The position numbers were made by a program, and so were the translations under genes. From an uncultured delta proteobacterium (lineage in GTDB: Bacteria > Desulfobacterota > Binatia > UBA9968), in NCBI GenBank assembly GCA_963737905.1, contig CAVTUQ010000031.1:16971-80970 (forward strand): DNA of 64,000 nucleotides. The letters run 5' to 3'. A model generated the notes under the pieces. It saw only the letters and a program-made list of their open reading frames with translations. It searched no databases and was not told where the DNA came from. This document shows, one piece after another, positions 1 through 10,517 of this stretch. The stretch's first letter is position 1. The number at the start of each line of letters is the position of its first letter.

Positions 1-2
1 GA

Positions 3-248
3 AAAGCCGCCGTTGAATTTTTATCCAAAGAATTTCAACTCACACCCAGCCTCGCTGAAAGGGGACTCGATTATTATCTTGCTAACCAGGCTTGGCCTCC
101 GGAGCTGGAGATTGATATGGATGGATTAAGGACGGTGGTTGATATCTACGCCGAGCAGACGGGAATGAAGGGACCGCTCCCCAATCCGGAAAAATATGTC
201 GATTCGAGCTACTTGAAACAGGCCTGGAAGGAGCTGGGGTGGAGATAA
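3..248 (+). CDS. 3' end of an NMT1/SsuA-type ABC substrate-binding protein (5' end outside window)
   Basis: Frame 3 reads KAAVEFLSKEFQL...GLRTVVDIYAEQTGMKGPLPNPEKYVDSSYLKQAWKELGWR*. This matches the C-terminus of the paralog at 59686..60672 (GLQVVLQIYAEQTQAKGPPPNAAKFVDQSYLKEALKELG). Confidence 0.85.
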   Translation, partial: KAAVEFLSKEFQLTPSLAERGLDYYLANQAWPPELEIDMDGLRTVVDIYAEQTGMKGPLPNPEKYVDSSYLKQAWKELGWR

Positions 249-310
249 GTTCTAACCCAACATATTTGAATTTGCCTTCTTTTTGAATTAGCGAATCGGA
301 AGAAGATGAC

Positions 311-388
311 TCGCGCAAAGACGCAAAGGACGCCAAGTTCGGAGAAATAGGAAGATCCTTTTCTTTGCGCCTTGGCGTCTTGACGCGA
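311..388. repeat. Intergenic imperfect palindrome built from 9-nt (cgcaaagac-like) units
   Basis: Arm tcgcgcaaagacgcaaagg (311-329) pairs with ccttggcgtcttgacgcga (370-388) at 16/19. Related elements occur at ~33605-33690, ~37097-37175, 40246-40333 and ~42509-42568. Confidence 0.7.
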
Positions 389-454
389 TAAATTTTCTCG
401 AAGTGGTTTTGTGCAATATTTGAAAGTTTAGAATCTAATGCTGAGGAGGAAAGC

Positions 455-1261
455 ATGATTAATGTCGAAGGGGAACAGATCGAGGTCGTCGACGCGCACT
501 CGCACATGGGGGCGCGCAAGAAACTTGCCATTCACCAGATTCCCCCCATCATGAAATTCATGGCGGAGGACATGCTGCAGTCGATGGATGATGCCGGAGT
601 GGACGGGGTGGTCACGTTTGCGATCGGTATCGGTGAGCCATCGGATTACCGGGAAACCAACCAGTATATCGCCGACACCATGAAACAGCATCCCGGACGC
701 ATTCATGGTTTTATGAGGCTGAGCCCCGGGAACGGGCCAAAGGATACGCTCCAGGTGCTGGAAGAAGGAGTCAAGCTGGGACTCAAAGGCATCAAGATTC
801 ATCCTTTGATCGAACATTGTCCGGCCAACGACAAAGAAAAGGTCTATCCGCTGATGGAAGCAGCGCAGCACCACGGCCTGCCCGTGCTTTTTCACTGCGG
901 CCTGGGAGAAGACGCCAGTCCGAAACGGATCGGCGAAGTGGCCAAAGACTTTCCCAAGCTGCCCGTCATCATGGGTCATTCGGGGTTAGTGGAGGGTGTG
1001 AGAGACGTCGTCGAGATTGCCAAGAAATGTGAAAACGTTCACATGGACAGCTCGGGGGTTGGATGGTTGCCGTTCTTCTGCGAGTCCATTTCCTGGGCCG
1101 GACCCGATCGAGTCCTCTACGGCTCGGACACGCCGTTCAACCCGATGGAATGGGAGATCGAGAAAATCGTCAAACACGCGCAGCGGCACCTGAAGCTCAA
1201 GATCGAAGATCTCCGCCTGATCATGTCAGGCAACATCAAGCGGCTCCTGAAGCTAACCTAA
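455..1261 (+). CDS. Amidohydrolase family protein (Amidohydro_2 TIM barrel)
   Basis: VDAHSH metal motif, GIKIHP, PVLFHCG, IMGHSG, VLYGSDTPF; GAGGAG RBS upstream. Confidence 0.9.
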   Translation: MINVEGEQIEVVDAHSHMGARKKLAIHQIPPIMKFMAEDMLQSMDDAGVDGVVTFAIGIGEPSDYRETNQYIADTMKQHPGRIHGFMRLSPGNGPKDTLQVLEEGVKLGLKGIKIHPLIEHCPANDKEKVYPLMEAAQHHGLPVLFHCGLGEDASPKRIGEVAKDFPKLPVIMGHSGLVEGVRDVVEIAKKCENVHMDSSGVGWLPFFCESISWAGPDRVLYGSDTPFNPMEWEIEKIVKHAQRHLKLKIEDLRLIMSGNIKRLLKLT

Positions 1262-1808
1262 CTCCGGCGAAAACGGAGACACCGTGGTTAGCGGGCTGGC
1301 AATGGATCCGGGCCGGAGAGTTTTTTGAATTCTTTACGTAATTCGGGCTCCTCATAGGCTTTCTCATCGCCTGGCGAAGAATCTGTACCCGCGCCTTTGG
1401 GTTATACCCGGGCGCTGCATATCGCCAAGGCCGCCGCCACCGCCGATTTGTACACCCGTAAGGGTCTTGCCTTGATAGAGGGAGACTGATAAGACCCCTA
1501 CTCCAGTCCGAAATGAATCGGCGCCCCAAAAAAACCGAGACGAAAAGAATCCCCGGCTTGCTCGGGCCATATATCGAATCGAAGCGCTCCCGGAGGCGAG
1601 AATGTTTTTCATAGAGAATGAAAAATTTGTAGGAAAACAAAACTTTGTTTTTCGTTCCAGAACGAAACGCCAGCGATTTACAGAAACGAGTAGTATGCAA
1701 GAAAGCTCTTGTTGCATGTAGGGGAAATCCTTCATCTGCTTATCGTTTTCTCTTAGTCCCCCTAAGAACATTCCGGAAAAACGAGCAAAAGTTCTTCAAT
1801 TAGCAAAG

Positions 1809-1824
1809 TGGCATCATTGTTGCG
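1809..1824 (+). promoter_or_regulatory. Putative sigma54 (-24/-12) promoter of the glycan locus
   Basis: TGGCAT-CATTG-TTGC gives exact GG-N10-GC spacing, ~80 nt upstream of the 1906 ORF. An AT-rich tract (~1600-1800) precedes it. Confidence 0.7.
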
Positions 1825-1905
1825 CATGCAGTGTAGGTTATTCGCTTCACGTGCGCTTTCCACAACTATGGGACATTCACTGGTTCTTCGAAGGAGTAGT
1901 TTATC

Positions 1906-4473
1906 GTGAGTGTCCCAATGCAATTGCCTATTGAGTCTCCTCTCGCGCCACTGACGAGCTCGGGGAAAGTCAGGCCATTCGGTAGATCTTTTTGCCTCAA
2001 CTCAGAAAAGTTCTTTCTAAAAGGAGTGACGTATGGGCCGTTCGCGCTTTCACGAAACGGCGCTCCGTTTCCCGAAGCTGCGACGATTGAGATCGATTTT
2101 GCTTTGATGTCAGAGCTCGGAGTCAACAGTTTTCGCACCTTTACTCCGGCTCCGAATTGGCTCCTCGATAAGGCCGCCGCTTATGGTCTTAGAGTCATCA
2201 CCGGAATTCCTTGGGCGCAACATATCTCTTTTCTTGACTCCTCCCGCACTCGAGCAGAAATCCGTAACACTATTGCTGATAGTGTCCGTGCCAGTAAACA
2301 ACATCCTGCGGTGTTGGCTCACCTGGTGGGCAATGAGATTCCTCCTGAGATCGTGCGCTGGTACGGCGCCAAGCGCATTCGCAGATTTCTTCGTGAGTTG
2401 GTTGACGTAGCCAAAACGACCGATCCCGATGTGCTGGTAAGTTATGCCAATTTTCCTTCGACGGAATATCTTGAGGCCGACTTTACGGACTTCTTGGCCT
2501 TCAATGTTTATCTTCATCGAGAAGAGGATTTTCGGCGCTATCTATTTCACCTCCTCAATTTAGCCGGCGAACGGCCGTTGGTTTTGACGGAGATCGGGAT
2601 GGATTCCATCCGAGAAGGACTCAAACCTCAGGCCGAAGCACTGTCTCGGCAACTCGGCGCTAGCTACGAAATGGGTGTTGCGGGGACTGTAATTTTTTCC
2701 TGGACCGATGATTGGCACGCCTTCTCGGGCGCAGAGGGATTTCAAGTTGACGACTGGGCCTTCGGTTTAGTGGAGCGCAGCCGCCGAAAGAAGCCCGCTT
2801 TCTGGGCGGTGAAAAATTTCTACGATGGTCCTCTCCCTCCCGCTCTTCCCCGCTATCCTAAGGTCTCGGTGATTGTATGCGCTTACAACGGCGAGCGAAC
2901 CATAGACCGCTGTCTCGCCTCATTGGAAACCCTCAACTATCCCAACTATGAAGTTGTTGTCGTCAATGACGGCTCGACGGACGGGACGCGGGAAATTGCC
3001 GAGCGCTACGCCTATATTCGTCTGATCAACCAGGAGAATCAGGGGCTAAGCGCAGCGCGTAACGTCGGACTGCGCGCGGCGCGCGGCGATATCATTGCCT
3101 ATACCGATTGTGACTGCATGGCCGATCCGGATTGGCTGACCCATCTGGTAGCGCGCTTTCTCTCATCGGACTTTGGTGCCGTAGGGGGGCCGAACCTCCC
3201 CCCGCCGGACAGTTCATTGGTCGCCAACTGCGTGGCTGTCTCGCCGGGCGGGCCGACTCATGTGTTGTTGGATGATGAAGTTGCCGAGCACATCCCGGGC
3301 TGCAACATGGCTTTTCGGCGGGAAGCGCTGGAGGCGATCCATGGGTTTGATCCGGTATTTCGGTCCGCCGGAGATGACGTAGATCTCTGTTGGCGACTGC
3401 AAAACAAGGGCTACAAGATCGGTTTCAGCGCGGCTGCGGTCGTATGGCATTTTCGCCGGAACACGGTGCGAGACTATATCAAGCAGCAGCAGGGGTACGG
3501 CAAAGCCGAAACTCTCCTATTCTTTAAGCACCCCTCTCGTTTTAACGTGCTTGGTCAATCGCGTTGGTTCGGAAGAATTTACGGCGATCTCTCTTCTTTT
3601 CTGGCGAGCCGGCAGCCGCGGATTTACACCGGAGTTTTTGGCAGGGGCCTTTTTCAGACACTATATCAGCCTCCTCCTTCAATAATCTCATGCCTGCCTC
3701 TCACGTTGGAGTGGAGTCTGCTCTCTACACTACTTCTGGTTTGCGCGTTTGTGTTCGGCGGCGTTTTCTGGGTGGGGCTTGCGCCCTTCTTTCTTACTCT
3801 CAGCCGCTGTGTCGCAAGCGCTTTAAAGGCTCGAATGGCTCCGCCATTTCGCGGCTTGCGAGCGACGCTTCTGGTGGCTCTGTTGGTCTATATTGGACCT
3901 CTCATCCGTACACTCGAGCGCTATCGCTGGCGCATTCGCAGGCATCGAGAAGTGAAGCCGGTCGAATATAATGGGCCCAGGCAAGTCCCGAGGATCTTGT
4001 GGCACGAACGCGCCTTTTATCTCTCCTACTGGAACGAGGAAGGACGGGAAAAGGAGAGTTTGCTTTATTCGGTCATGGACTTTCTCCTGCCGCGCAAATA
4101 TCTAATTGCCGTGGACCAGGGATGGAGTCACTGGGACCTGGAAATTTGCCAAGGTCCGTGGGCCAAAGCACAAATCCGAGCGGCTACGGAAAATCACGGC
4201 AGTGCAAAGCGTCTGTTGAGGGTGCGATGTGCGCTTCGGATGTCGAGGATTTCTTTTACCTGTCTCTGCCTTTATGCTGTGTTGATGGCGGTGGCAGCTT
4301 TCCTTTCCATGCCGCAGGTCGCCGCTGCGGCGTTCGTCACTGGTCTGATTCATGGTAGTGCGATTGCGTACCAAAAATTTCGTCTCGGGCGCGTACTCTA
4401 CCATGTTGTGGAATCTCTAGCGCACAAGCTCGATTTCTTGCCGGTGCAAAAATCATCGGAAGAGGCGCAGTGA
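1906..4473 (+). CDS. Fusion of an N-terminal GH-A clan (GH2-like) TIM-barrel domain, a GT2 glycosyltransferase and C-terminal membrane helices
   Basis: N-terminal LVGNEIP (acid/base) and LTEIGMD (nucleophile) motifs; GT2 motifs VSVIVCAYN, VNDGSTD, YTDCD, GDDVDLCWRL, QQQGY; hydrophobic C-terminus. Confidence 0.88.
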   Translation: MSVPMQLPIESPLAPLTSSGKVRPFGRSFCLNSEKFFLKGVTYGPFALSRNGAPFPEAATIEIDFALMSELGVNSFRTFTPAPNWLLDKAAAYGLRVITGIPWAQHISFLDSSRTRAEIRNTIADSVRASKQHPAVLAHLVGNEIPPEIVRWYGAKRIRRFLRELVDVAKTTDPDVLVSYANFPSTEYLEADFTDFLAFNVYLHREEDFRRYLFHLLNLAGERPLVLTEIGMDSIREGLKPQAEALSRQLGASYEMGVAGTVIFSWTDDWHAFSGAEGFQVDDWAFGLVERSRRKKPAFWAVKNFYDGPLPPALPRYPKVSVIVCAYNGERTIDRCLASLETLNYPNYEVVVVNDGSTDGTREIAERYAYIRLINQENQGLSAARNVGLRAARGDIIAYTDCDCMADPDWLTHLVARFLSSDFGAVGGPNLPPPDSSLVANCVAVSPGGPTHVLLDDEVAEHIPGCNMAFRREALEAIHGFDPVFRSAGDDVDLCWRLQNKGYKIGFSAAAVVWHFRRNTVRDYIKQQQGYGKAETLLFFKHPSRFNVLGQSRWFGRIYGDLSSFLASRQPRIYTGVFGRGLFQTLYQPPPSIISCLPLTLEWSLLSTLLLVCAFVFGGVFWVGLAPFFLTLSRCVASALKARMAPPFRGLRATLLVALLVYIGPLIRTLERYRWRIRRHREVKPVEYNGPRQVPRILWHERAFYLSYWNEEGREKESLLYSVMDFLLPRKYLIAVDQGWSHWDLEICQGPWAKAQIRAATENHGSAKRLLRVRCALRMSRISFTCLCLYAVLMAVAAFLSMPQVAAAAFVTGLIHGSAIAYQKFRLGRVLYHVVESLAHKLDFLPVQKSSEEAQ

Positions 4474-4486
4474 GAACATCCTGCAG

Positions 4487-6274
4487 ATGAGACGCACGGT
4501 TCGATCCTACCTACGCCCGTACCTTCCGGCTTTCGTGTTCGCCCTGGCACAGGTCGTTTTCATCAGCGCCCTGGAGCTCCTCAAGCCGTGGCCGCTTAAA
4601 GTCATCATCGACCATGTTTTGACCGGAACACCCGTACCCTGGGAGTTCGTTCAGACCTGGTCCTCACAAAGCATTCTCTGGTTTGCTTGCACGGGTCTGG
4701 TCGTCATTTATCTCCTCCTTGGAGGGCTCCGCATACTCAACGACTATACGACGATCAGAATTGGTCAGAAGATGGTCAACGACCTACGACGGGATCTTTA
4801 CAGCCAAATCCAGCGTCTGTCTCTTTCTTTTCATCACCGCCGTCAGGTCGGCGATTTGCTCTACCGGTTGACCTCGGACACTTACGCGATCCAGACCATC
4901 ACAATGAACGGCCTTTTCCCTGTCTTGTGCTCGCTTACGCTTTTTGCCGGCATGCTCTTGGTCATGGTCCGCCTGGATCCACATCTCACCTTTTTTGCTC
5001 TCATCGTGTGTCCGATCTTAGCGGTCCTCGTTACTATCTCGCCTCTACGTGGCTGGCTTATCGCTTCCGCTACCCACATGCACCAGCAGAAGAGCAGTGT
5101 TTTTTCTCTCGTCCAGTGGGCCATTCCGGCTATCCGGGTGATTCAGGCCTTCACGAAAGAGGAAGAGGAACACCGCCGTTTCATGGCCCAAAGTCAAAAA
5201 AGCCTACGGGCCGACCTTCACTTTTACCTGCTAGAAAACTTTTATGCAGGCGCGGTCAGTGTCGTGATCGCAATCGGAACCGCCACCGTCATTTGGGTGG
5301 GGGCCCGCCACGTACTCGCGGGTACGCTCACCATCGGCGGCCTTATTGTGTTTGCCGCTTATTTGACGTCGCTCTATGGCGCCGTAGACTCCATCAGCCA
5401 GGCCTACGGCTCTATTCAGGGTGCGAAAGTGAGTCTGCAAAGAGTGTTCGAGATCATAGAAGAGGAAAACGATCTCAAGGAGGGCTCCAGAGTTATTCCC
5501 GATGGTGGAGCCAAGGGAGAAGTAGCCTGGAGCGGGGTTTCTTTTCACTATAGCGCCGGCCAGCCCGTCTTGAGGCACGTTGACCTTCATGTTCATCCGG
5601 GCCAAAAAGTGGCGATCGTTGGCCGAACCGGAGCAGGCAAATCGACATTGGTAAGCCTACTCCCGCGTTTCTATGATCCTCGAAGCGGCCGGGTGACCAT
5701 CGATGGCATTGATATTCGCGAATTCCAGCTCAAATCGTTGCGTCGTCAGATCGCAATGGTACTTCAACCTCCGCTGGTGTTTCCGCTCACTATCCGCGAG
5801 AACTTAACTTATGGCCGGCCCGAAGCTACCGAAGAAGAAGTTATCACTGCCGCCCGCCTTGCCCGGATCCATGAGTCTATTATGGGCTTTCCTCAGGGTT
5901 ACGATACCGTCGTCGGCGAGCAAGGAGCGACACTGTCTGAAGGGGAGAAGCAACGACTCACGATAGCCCGCGCTATCCTCTTCAATGCTCCCATACTCAT
6001 TCTGGATGAGCCGACTTCTTCGGTCGATGCCGAGACCGAGGCTCTGATTATGGAAGGCCTGCGGGAACTGACTGCCGGCCGCACCACGTTGATCATCGCG
6101 CACAGGCTCTCTACGGTCCGCCAGGCCGATCTGATCGTGGTCGTGCGCGGAGGAAGAATCATCGAGCAAGGCTCATTCGATGTGCTCATGCGTCGCCAAG
6201 GCGATTTCGCCAAGCTCTATCGCACCCAATTCAGCGCTCAAGAAGAAAGAGCACATGCGCTCGTATCAACTTAA
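4487..6274 (+). CDS. ABC exporter, fused permease and ATPase (MsbA/MdlB-like)
   Basis: N-terminal TM helices; Walker A GRTGAGKST; signature LSEGEKQR; Walker B ILILDE; AHRLST. Confidence 0.93.
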   Translation: MRRTVRSYLRPYLPAFVFALAQVVFISALELLKPWPLKVIIDHVLTGTPVPWEFVQTWSSQSILWFACTGLVVIYLLLGGLRILNDYTTIRIGQKMVNDLRRDLYSQIQRLSLSFHHRRQVGDLLYRLTSDTYAIQTITMNGLFPVLCSLTLFAGMLLVMVRLDPHLTFFALIVCPILAVLVTISPLRGWLIASATHMHQQKSSVFSLVQWAIPAIRVIQAFTKEEEEHRRFMAQSQKSLRADLHFYLLENFYAGAVSVVIAIGTATVIWVGARHVLAGTLTIGGLIVFAAYLTSLYGAVDSISQAYGSIQGAKVSLQRVFEIIEEENDLKEGSRVIPDGGAKGEVAWSGVSFHYSAGQPVLRHVDLHVHPGQKVAIVGRTGAGKSTLVSLLPRFYDPRSGRVTIDGIDIREFQLKSLRRQIAMVLQPPLVFPLTIRENLTYGRPEATEEEVITAARLARIHESIMGFPQGYDTVVGEQGATLSEGEKQRLTIARAILFNAPILILDEPTSSVDAETEALIMEGLRELTAGRTTLIIAHRLSTVRQADLIVVVRGGRIIEQGSFDVLMRRQGDFAKLYRTQFSAQEERAHALVST

Positions 6275-6331
6275 ATCTTGCTGTGGATTTCCGCGGGAGC
6301 GCGCACACGAGGAAAGAAGCGGGCTGGTAAA

Positions 6332-7503
6332 ATGAGTCAAAAACTGAGGCTCGTTGTTTTGGGAATGATGGGCCGGTGTCCTTTTGGCGGTCAGAGCTGG
6401 CTTTACCTTAACTGGCTCCGAGGACTCCATCGGTTGGGCCATGAAGTCTGGTACGTCGAGGATGACACGGTCTGGCCCTACGATCCGCAGCGTAACAGCG
6501 TCACGGACGACTGCTCGTATGCCGTCCGCCATATTGCGGGTTGCATGAAGCAGGCGGGCATGCCGGACACCTGGGCCTTTCGTCCAGCCTACCGGACCGA
6601 AGAATGCTACGGCATTACCAATTCAAAGCTCGATGAGCTGTACCGGACATGCGATGCGCTGCTTAACGTGGTCGGTGCCACCGATTTGCGCGAGGAGCAT
6701 CTCACCGCCCGTTTCCGGGTCTATGTGGAATGCGATCCGGTCATTGCTGAGCTACAGCTCGCCAACGGCGATCCTCATACGGCAGTCGCACTCTCGAACC
6801 ATCACGCGATCGTCACCTACGGCGAAAACTTTGGCTCGGCCGACTGCGGGGTTCCCCTCAATGGTCACCGTTACGGGAAAACGCGACAGCCGGTGGATTT
6901 GAATCTTTGGCCGATGGCCTACGAGCACGAAGCGCGTTTTTTTACTACCATCGGCAACTACCGCCAGGACGGCAACGATGTGGAGTACCGCGGCGAGATC
7001 TATCACTGGAGCAAGCATCACGAGTGGGAAAAATTTCTCGATTTGCCGCGACACACGAACCAACCGTTTGAGCTCGGGATGCGCCCGAAGACCCTGCGGA
7101 TCGCCAGCGGCTGGAGGCGCACGGTTGGAAATTGGTGCCTCCGTTCCGCATGTCGCTGGACGTATTCGGCGACTATCCGGCGTACTTCCGTCGCTCGCGC
7201 GCTGAATTGACCGTGGCCAAGGACATGAATGTTCGACTCCGGAGCGGATGGTTCAGCGAGCGGGACGCCTGCTATCTAGCTTCCGGCAAGCCGGTGGTCG
7301 CTCAGGACACAGGGTTCGGGAATATTCTGCCGACAGGTGAAGGGCTTTTCGCCTTTTCGACGATGGACCAGGCAGTCGCTGCTATCGATCAGATCAACGG
7401 TGACTACCGGCGTCAGTGTCTCGGCGCTCGCGCAATAGCCGAGGAATATTTTGAAGCCGGCAAGGTTGCGGCTCGTCTGCTCGCCGATCTCGGGATGGCG
7501 TGA
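6332..7503 (+). CDS. Glycosyltransferase-like protein (GT-B type), split by a frameshift near 7085
   Basis: MSQKLRLVVLGMMGRCPFGGQSWLYLNWLRGLHRLGHEVWYVED...FELGMRP continues in another frame as EDPADRQRLEAHGWKLVPP...SGWFSERDACYLASGKPVVAQDTG...ARAIAEEYF. One missing base restores a ~390-aa ORF. Confidence 0.7.
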
Positions 7504-7649
7504 AGTTGACTGCTCTCCTAAGACGTGAGGCAGGTGAATATGTCATTGCGAAAGAACTAGGACAGTCAAACGCGATACCGCCATGGCCAAATCGCGCGAG
7601 CTTCTTAAACAGACCCGCAACACGAAGTTGACGAATTTTAGAATGTAAG

Positions 7650-9557
7650 ATGTTTGCAGATAGCCCAAATTCTCCTGGCTCCGTCCTGCAGCGTGAGGCC
7701 AATGATTGGGGACTTACGGTGGAGAATGGAGTGCATTGGTTTCTCGCCCCTAACGGTGAAAAGTTTTTTGGCGCCGGGGTGAACGGGGTCGATGCGGGAT
7801 GCTCCCCTGAAGACATTGAAGGACGGCCGGCTTACTATCTTTGGCACCTCTACGCTTCGACGGACACCTGGGCAGCAACCGTCCGCAAGCGTCTCCTGAA
7901 CTGGGGCTTCAATCACCTGGGTGCCTGGAATTTTTGTGAAGAAAAAATCGGTCTCCCTTATATTGCCAATCTCGATCTCGGACGGTTGAGTGAAGCGCTT
8001 TGGTTCGATGCCTTTGATCCGGCGTTACCGTCGCGGGTAATGGACTGGGCAGAGCGCCTCACGGCTCCGCACCGTCAACACGGATTGCGTATCGGTTACT
8101 TCCCTGACAATGAAGTCGGATGGTGGAATGCGGCACTCTTTGAATTCTATCTTGCTAAAGGATGGCGAAATCATACGAAGCAGTTGCTTTGGCAGCTTCT
8201 CCACGACCGCTATGGAGGAAAATGGCCGGAGCTGCTGCGAGACTGGGCGCCATCGGAAAAAGTTGACGGCTTCAAATCTCTCCGCCGTGCTGGCGCCGCG
8301 CTCAAGATACGTCCCGGTGGTGCGGGGATTAAGTTAATCAACGAGTTCACCTATCTTTGTGCAGAGAGATATTACAAGCTGGTCCATGACGCTCTCCGTG
8401 CTGCTGATCCGGGGGCTTTGATTTTCAGCGACAGGTTGCCGATTTACTACTCGCAGGATGCGGTGCGGGCGATGGCTCCATACGTGGACGTGATTGCGTC
8501 AAACTATGATTTGGATGGACCGGACGGCTGGGTGGCACATTATTTCTTCGAGGGGCTGGCAGGGCTCGCGGGCAAACCTGTTTTAGTTTCCGAATTTTTC
8601 TGTGCCGCGATGGAAAACCGGAGCGGCAACAAAAACACGGGGCATCTCCTTAAAGTGCCCACCCAAACACAGAGGGCGATGGTTGTTCAGCAGGCTCTCC
8701 AGAATTTCGCCCGCCGTCCCAATATTATCGGCACACACTGGTTTCAATATTACGACGAACCCCAGGGCGGGCGGGCGGATGGCGAAGACTACAACATGGG
8801 ACTCGTCGATATTTATGACCAACCTTACGAAGAAGTAGTCGCCGCCTTTCAACGCACTAATTCGTCGCTCCCGCGCCTGCACGCGCAAACCGGCCACGCT
8901 CGTCCCCGCATGGACGATGCGCCATTGGGCACTATTCCCCGGGCTTCACGCATGATCGACGTTACCGATGCTTCGCTGACGGATTGGGACAAAGACAGAA
9001 CTCTTATGCGGGGATTTACCGCCGAACCGCCATACGTTCCTTTCGCCGACATCTATCTCGCATGGCATCCCAACGGATTGTACCTCGCCACAATCGGCAT
9101 GGATTACATGCATCCAGAAGACGTGTCTTATGAAAATAACTTTCCCTTGTCTGAAACTTACCAACTGCATCTCCTGGCGTTCATTCGAGGGCAAGCTTAC
9201 CATTTTGCGATTCATTTCATGCCCCATGAGGTAACCTTTGCTCCTGATGCCGCCACGAACGCGAGCAAAAGTATCGCCCTTATTCCTTGCCTATACACCT
9301 ACTCTCTAGATGGCCAAAGTCGGCCACTATCAGGAGCGACAGTGCAGCACCTCAACGCGGAGGCCCCACGTATTTCGTGTGAGGCGCACTTTCCGTCCCA
9401 GCTCTTCCAATTACCCTTTTTCAAGAAAGGGATGAGACTGAAGATGAACATTGTCGTGGTTTCCCATTACCGCGGGCAGGAAATGTTTTGGAGCGAAGGA
9501 ACGGCACGAAAGACATTTAGTCGACCTGAGGGCTGGCGTGCTGTAACGCTCAGCTAG
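7650..9557 (+). CDS. GH50 (beta-agarase-like) glycoside hydrolase with a C-terminal sugar-binding-like domain
   Basis: WFLAPNGEKFF, WGFNHLGAW, IGYFPDNE, PVLVSEF, HWFQYYDEPQGGRADGEDYNMGLVD resemble GH50 motifs. No obvious signal peptide. Confidence 0.7.
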   Translation: MFADSPNSPGSVLQREANDWGLTVENGVHWFLAPNGEKFFGAGVNGVDAGCSPEDIEGRPAYYLWHLYASTDTWAATVRKRLLNWGFNHLGAWNFCEEKIGLPYIANLDLGRLSEALWFDAFDPALPSRVMDWAERLTAPHRQHGLRIGYFPDNEVGWWNAALFEFYLAKGWRNHTKQLLWQLLHDRYGGKWPELLRDWAPSEKVDGFKSLRRAGAALKIRPGGAGIKLINEFTYLCAERYYKLVHDALRAADPGALIFSDRLPIYYSQDAVRAMAPYVDVIASNYDLDGPDGWVAHYFFEGLAGLAGKPVLVSEFFCAAMENRSGNKNTGHLLKVPTQTQRAMVVQQALQNFARRPNIIGTHWFQYYDEPQGGRADGEDYNMGLVDIYDQPYEEVVAAFQRTNSSLPRLHAQTGHARPRMDDAPLGTIPRASRMIDVTDASLTDWDKDRTLMRGFTAEPPYVPFADIYLAWHPNGLYLATIGMDYMHPEDVSYENNFPLSETYQLHLLAFIRGQAYHFAIHFMPHEVTFAPDAATNASKSIALIPCLYTYSLDGQSRPLSGATVQHLNAEAPRISCEAHFPSQLFQLPFFKKGMRLKMNIVVVSHYRGQEMFWSEGTARKTFSRPEGWRAVTLS

Positions 9558-9717
9558 AGTCCCGGGGAACGCAAAATTTGAAGAGGCTTACATTCAGCCC
9601 TCGATTTGAGATAGTCTCTAACTGGTAGGGAAAATCCTCGGGCGCCAAGGGGCGGGAATGTTTTTTTACGCTGAGGCGATGCTCGCCTCGTCATCGAAGA
9701 TCTAACGACTGTGACCC

Positions 9718-10464
9718 ATGAGCGGTGAAAAGTATCTCATCGTTAGTGCTGACGATTTCGGTCAAAGCCTGGGGATAAATAAGGGCATCATAGAAGCGTT
9801 CGAGCATGGCATCGTAACCAGCACCAGTCTGATGACCCGATGGCCTGCCGCCGGCGAAGCGGCCATCTATGCCAGGCAACACCCCAAGCTTAGCGTCGGG
9901 CTTCATCTTGATCTGGGCGAGTGGGTTTGCCGCGACGGAAGTTGGACGCAGCTGTATAGCGTGATTCCCCTGGACGATAAGTCGGCTGTAGAGCGTGAAG
10001 TTTCTCAACAATTCGATGTCTTTCAGGAGTTAATGGGCAGACCTCCCACTCATGTCAACTCTCATCAACATATCCATATACGCGAGCCGGTTCGTTCTGT
10101 TACTCTCCAGATTTGTCAGAGTCTTGGAATTCCGCTAAGAGACTTGTCTCCTGAAATTCATTATTTTACGAAATTCTATGGTCAAACGCCGGAAGGGCTG
10201 CCTATACCCAGCTATATAAGCCTGGACCGCCTGATCGAAATCATCTCGACCCTTCCAACCGGGTTAACCGTTATCACCTGCCATCCCGGCTACGCGGACG
10301 ACCTGAAAACAATGTATCAGACGGAGCGTCGTGACGAACTAAGAGTTCTGTGTGATCCTCGGGTTCGGGCGACGCTCGACGCGCTTCGGATAAATCTTTG
10401 CTCATTCAATGACTGGGACAATCTCAAGAGTTCGCTTAACCAGCCGAGCTCTGACCTGGTTTAA
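9718..10464 (+). CDS. ChbG/HpnK/YdjC family carbohydrate deacetylase
   Basis: LIVSADDFG, GIVTSTSLM, VGLHLDL, PTHVNSHQHIH, TCHPGY. Confidence 0.92.
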   Translation: MSGEKYLIVSADDFGQSLGINKGIIEAFEHGIVTSTSLMTRWPAAGEAAIYARQHPKLSVGLHLDLGEWVCRDGSWTQLYSVIPLDDKSAVEREVSQQFDVFQELMGRPPTHVNSHQHIHIREPVRSVTLQICQSLGIPLRDLSPEIHYFTKFYGQTPEGLPIPSYISLDRLIEIISTLPTGLTVITCHPGYADDLKTMYQTERRDELRVLCDPRVRATLDALRINLCSFNDWDNLKSSLNQPSSDLV

Positions 10465-10517
10465 TCTTCTCATGCTGCATAGCTCTTGTTGCGTGCGGAT
10501 CTGTATCGGAGGAGCCC

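Noticed and set aside
1458-1501. gtaagggtctt...aagacccctac palindrome as a GTAG-type REP of an active system
   Set aside because: Single degenerate copy and no RAYT transposase in the window.
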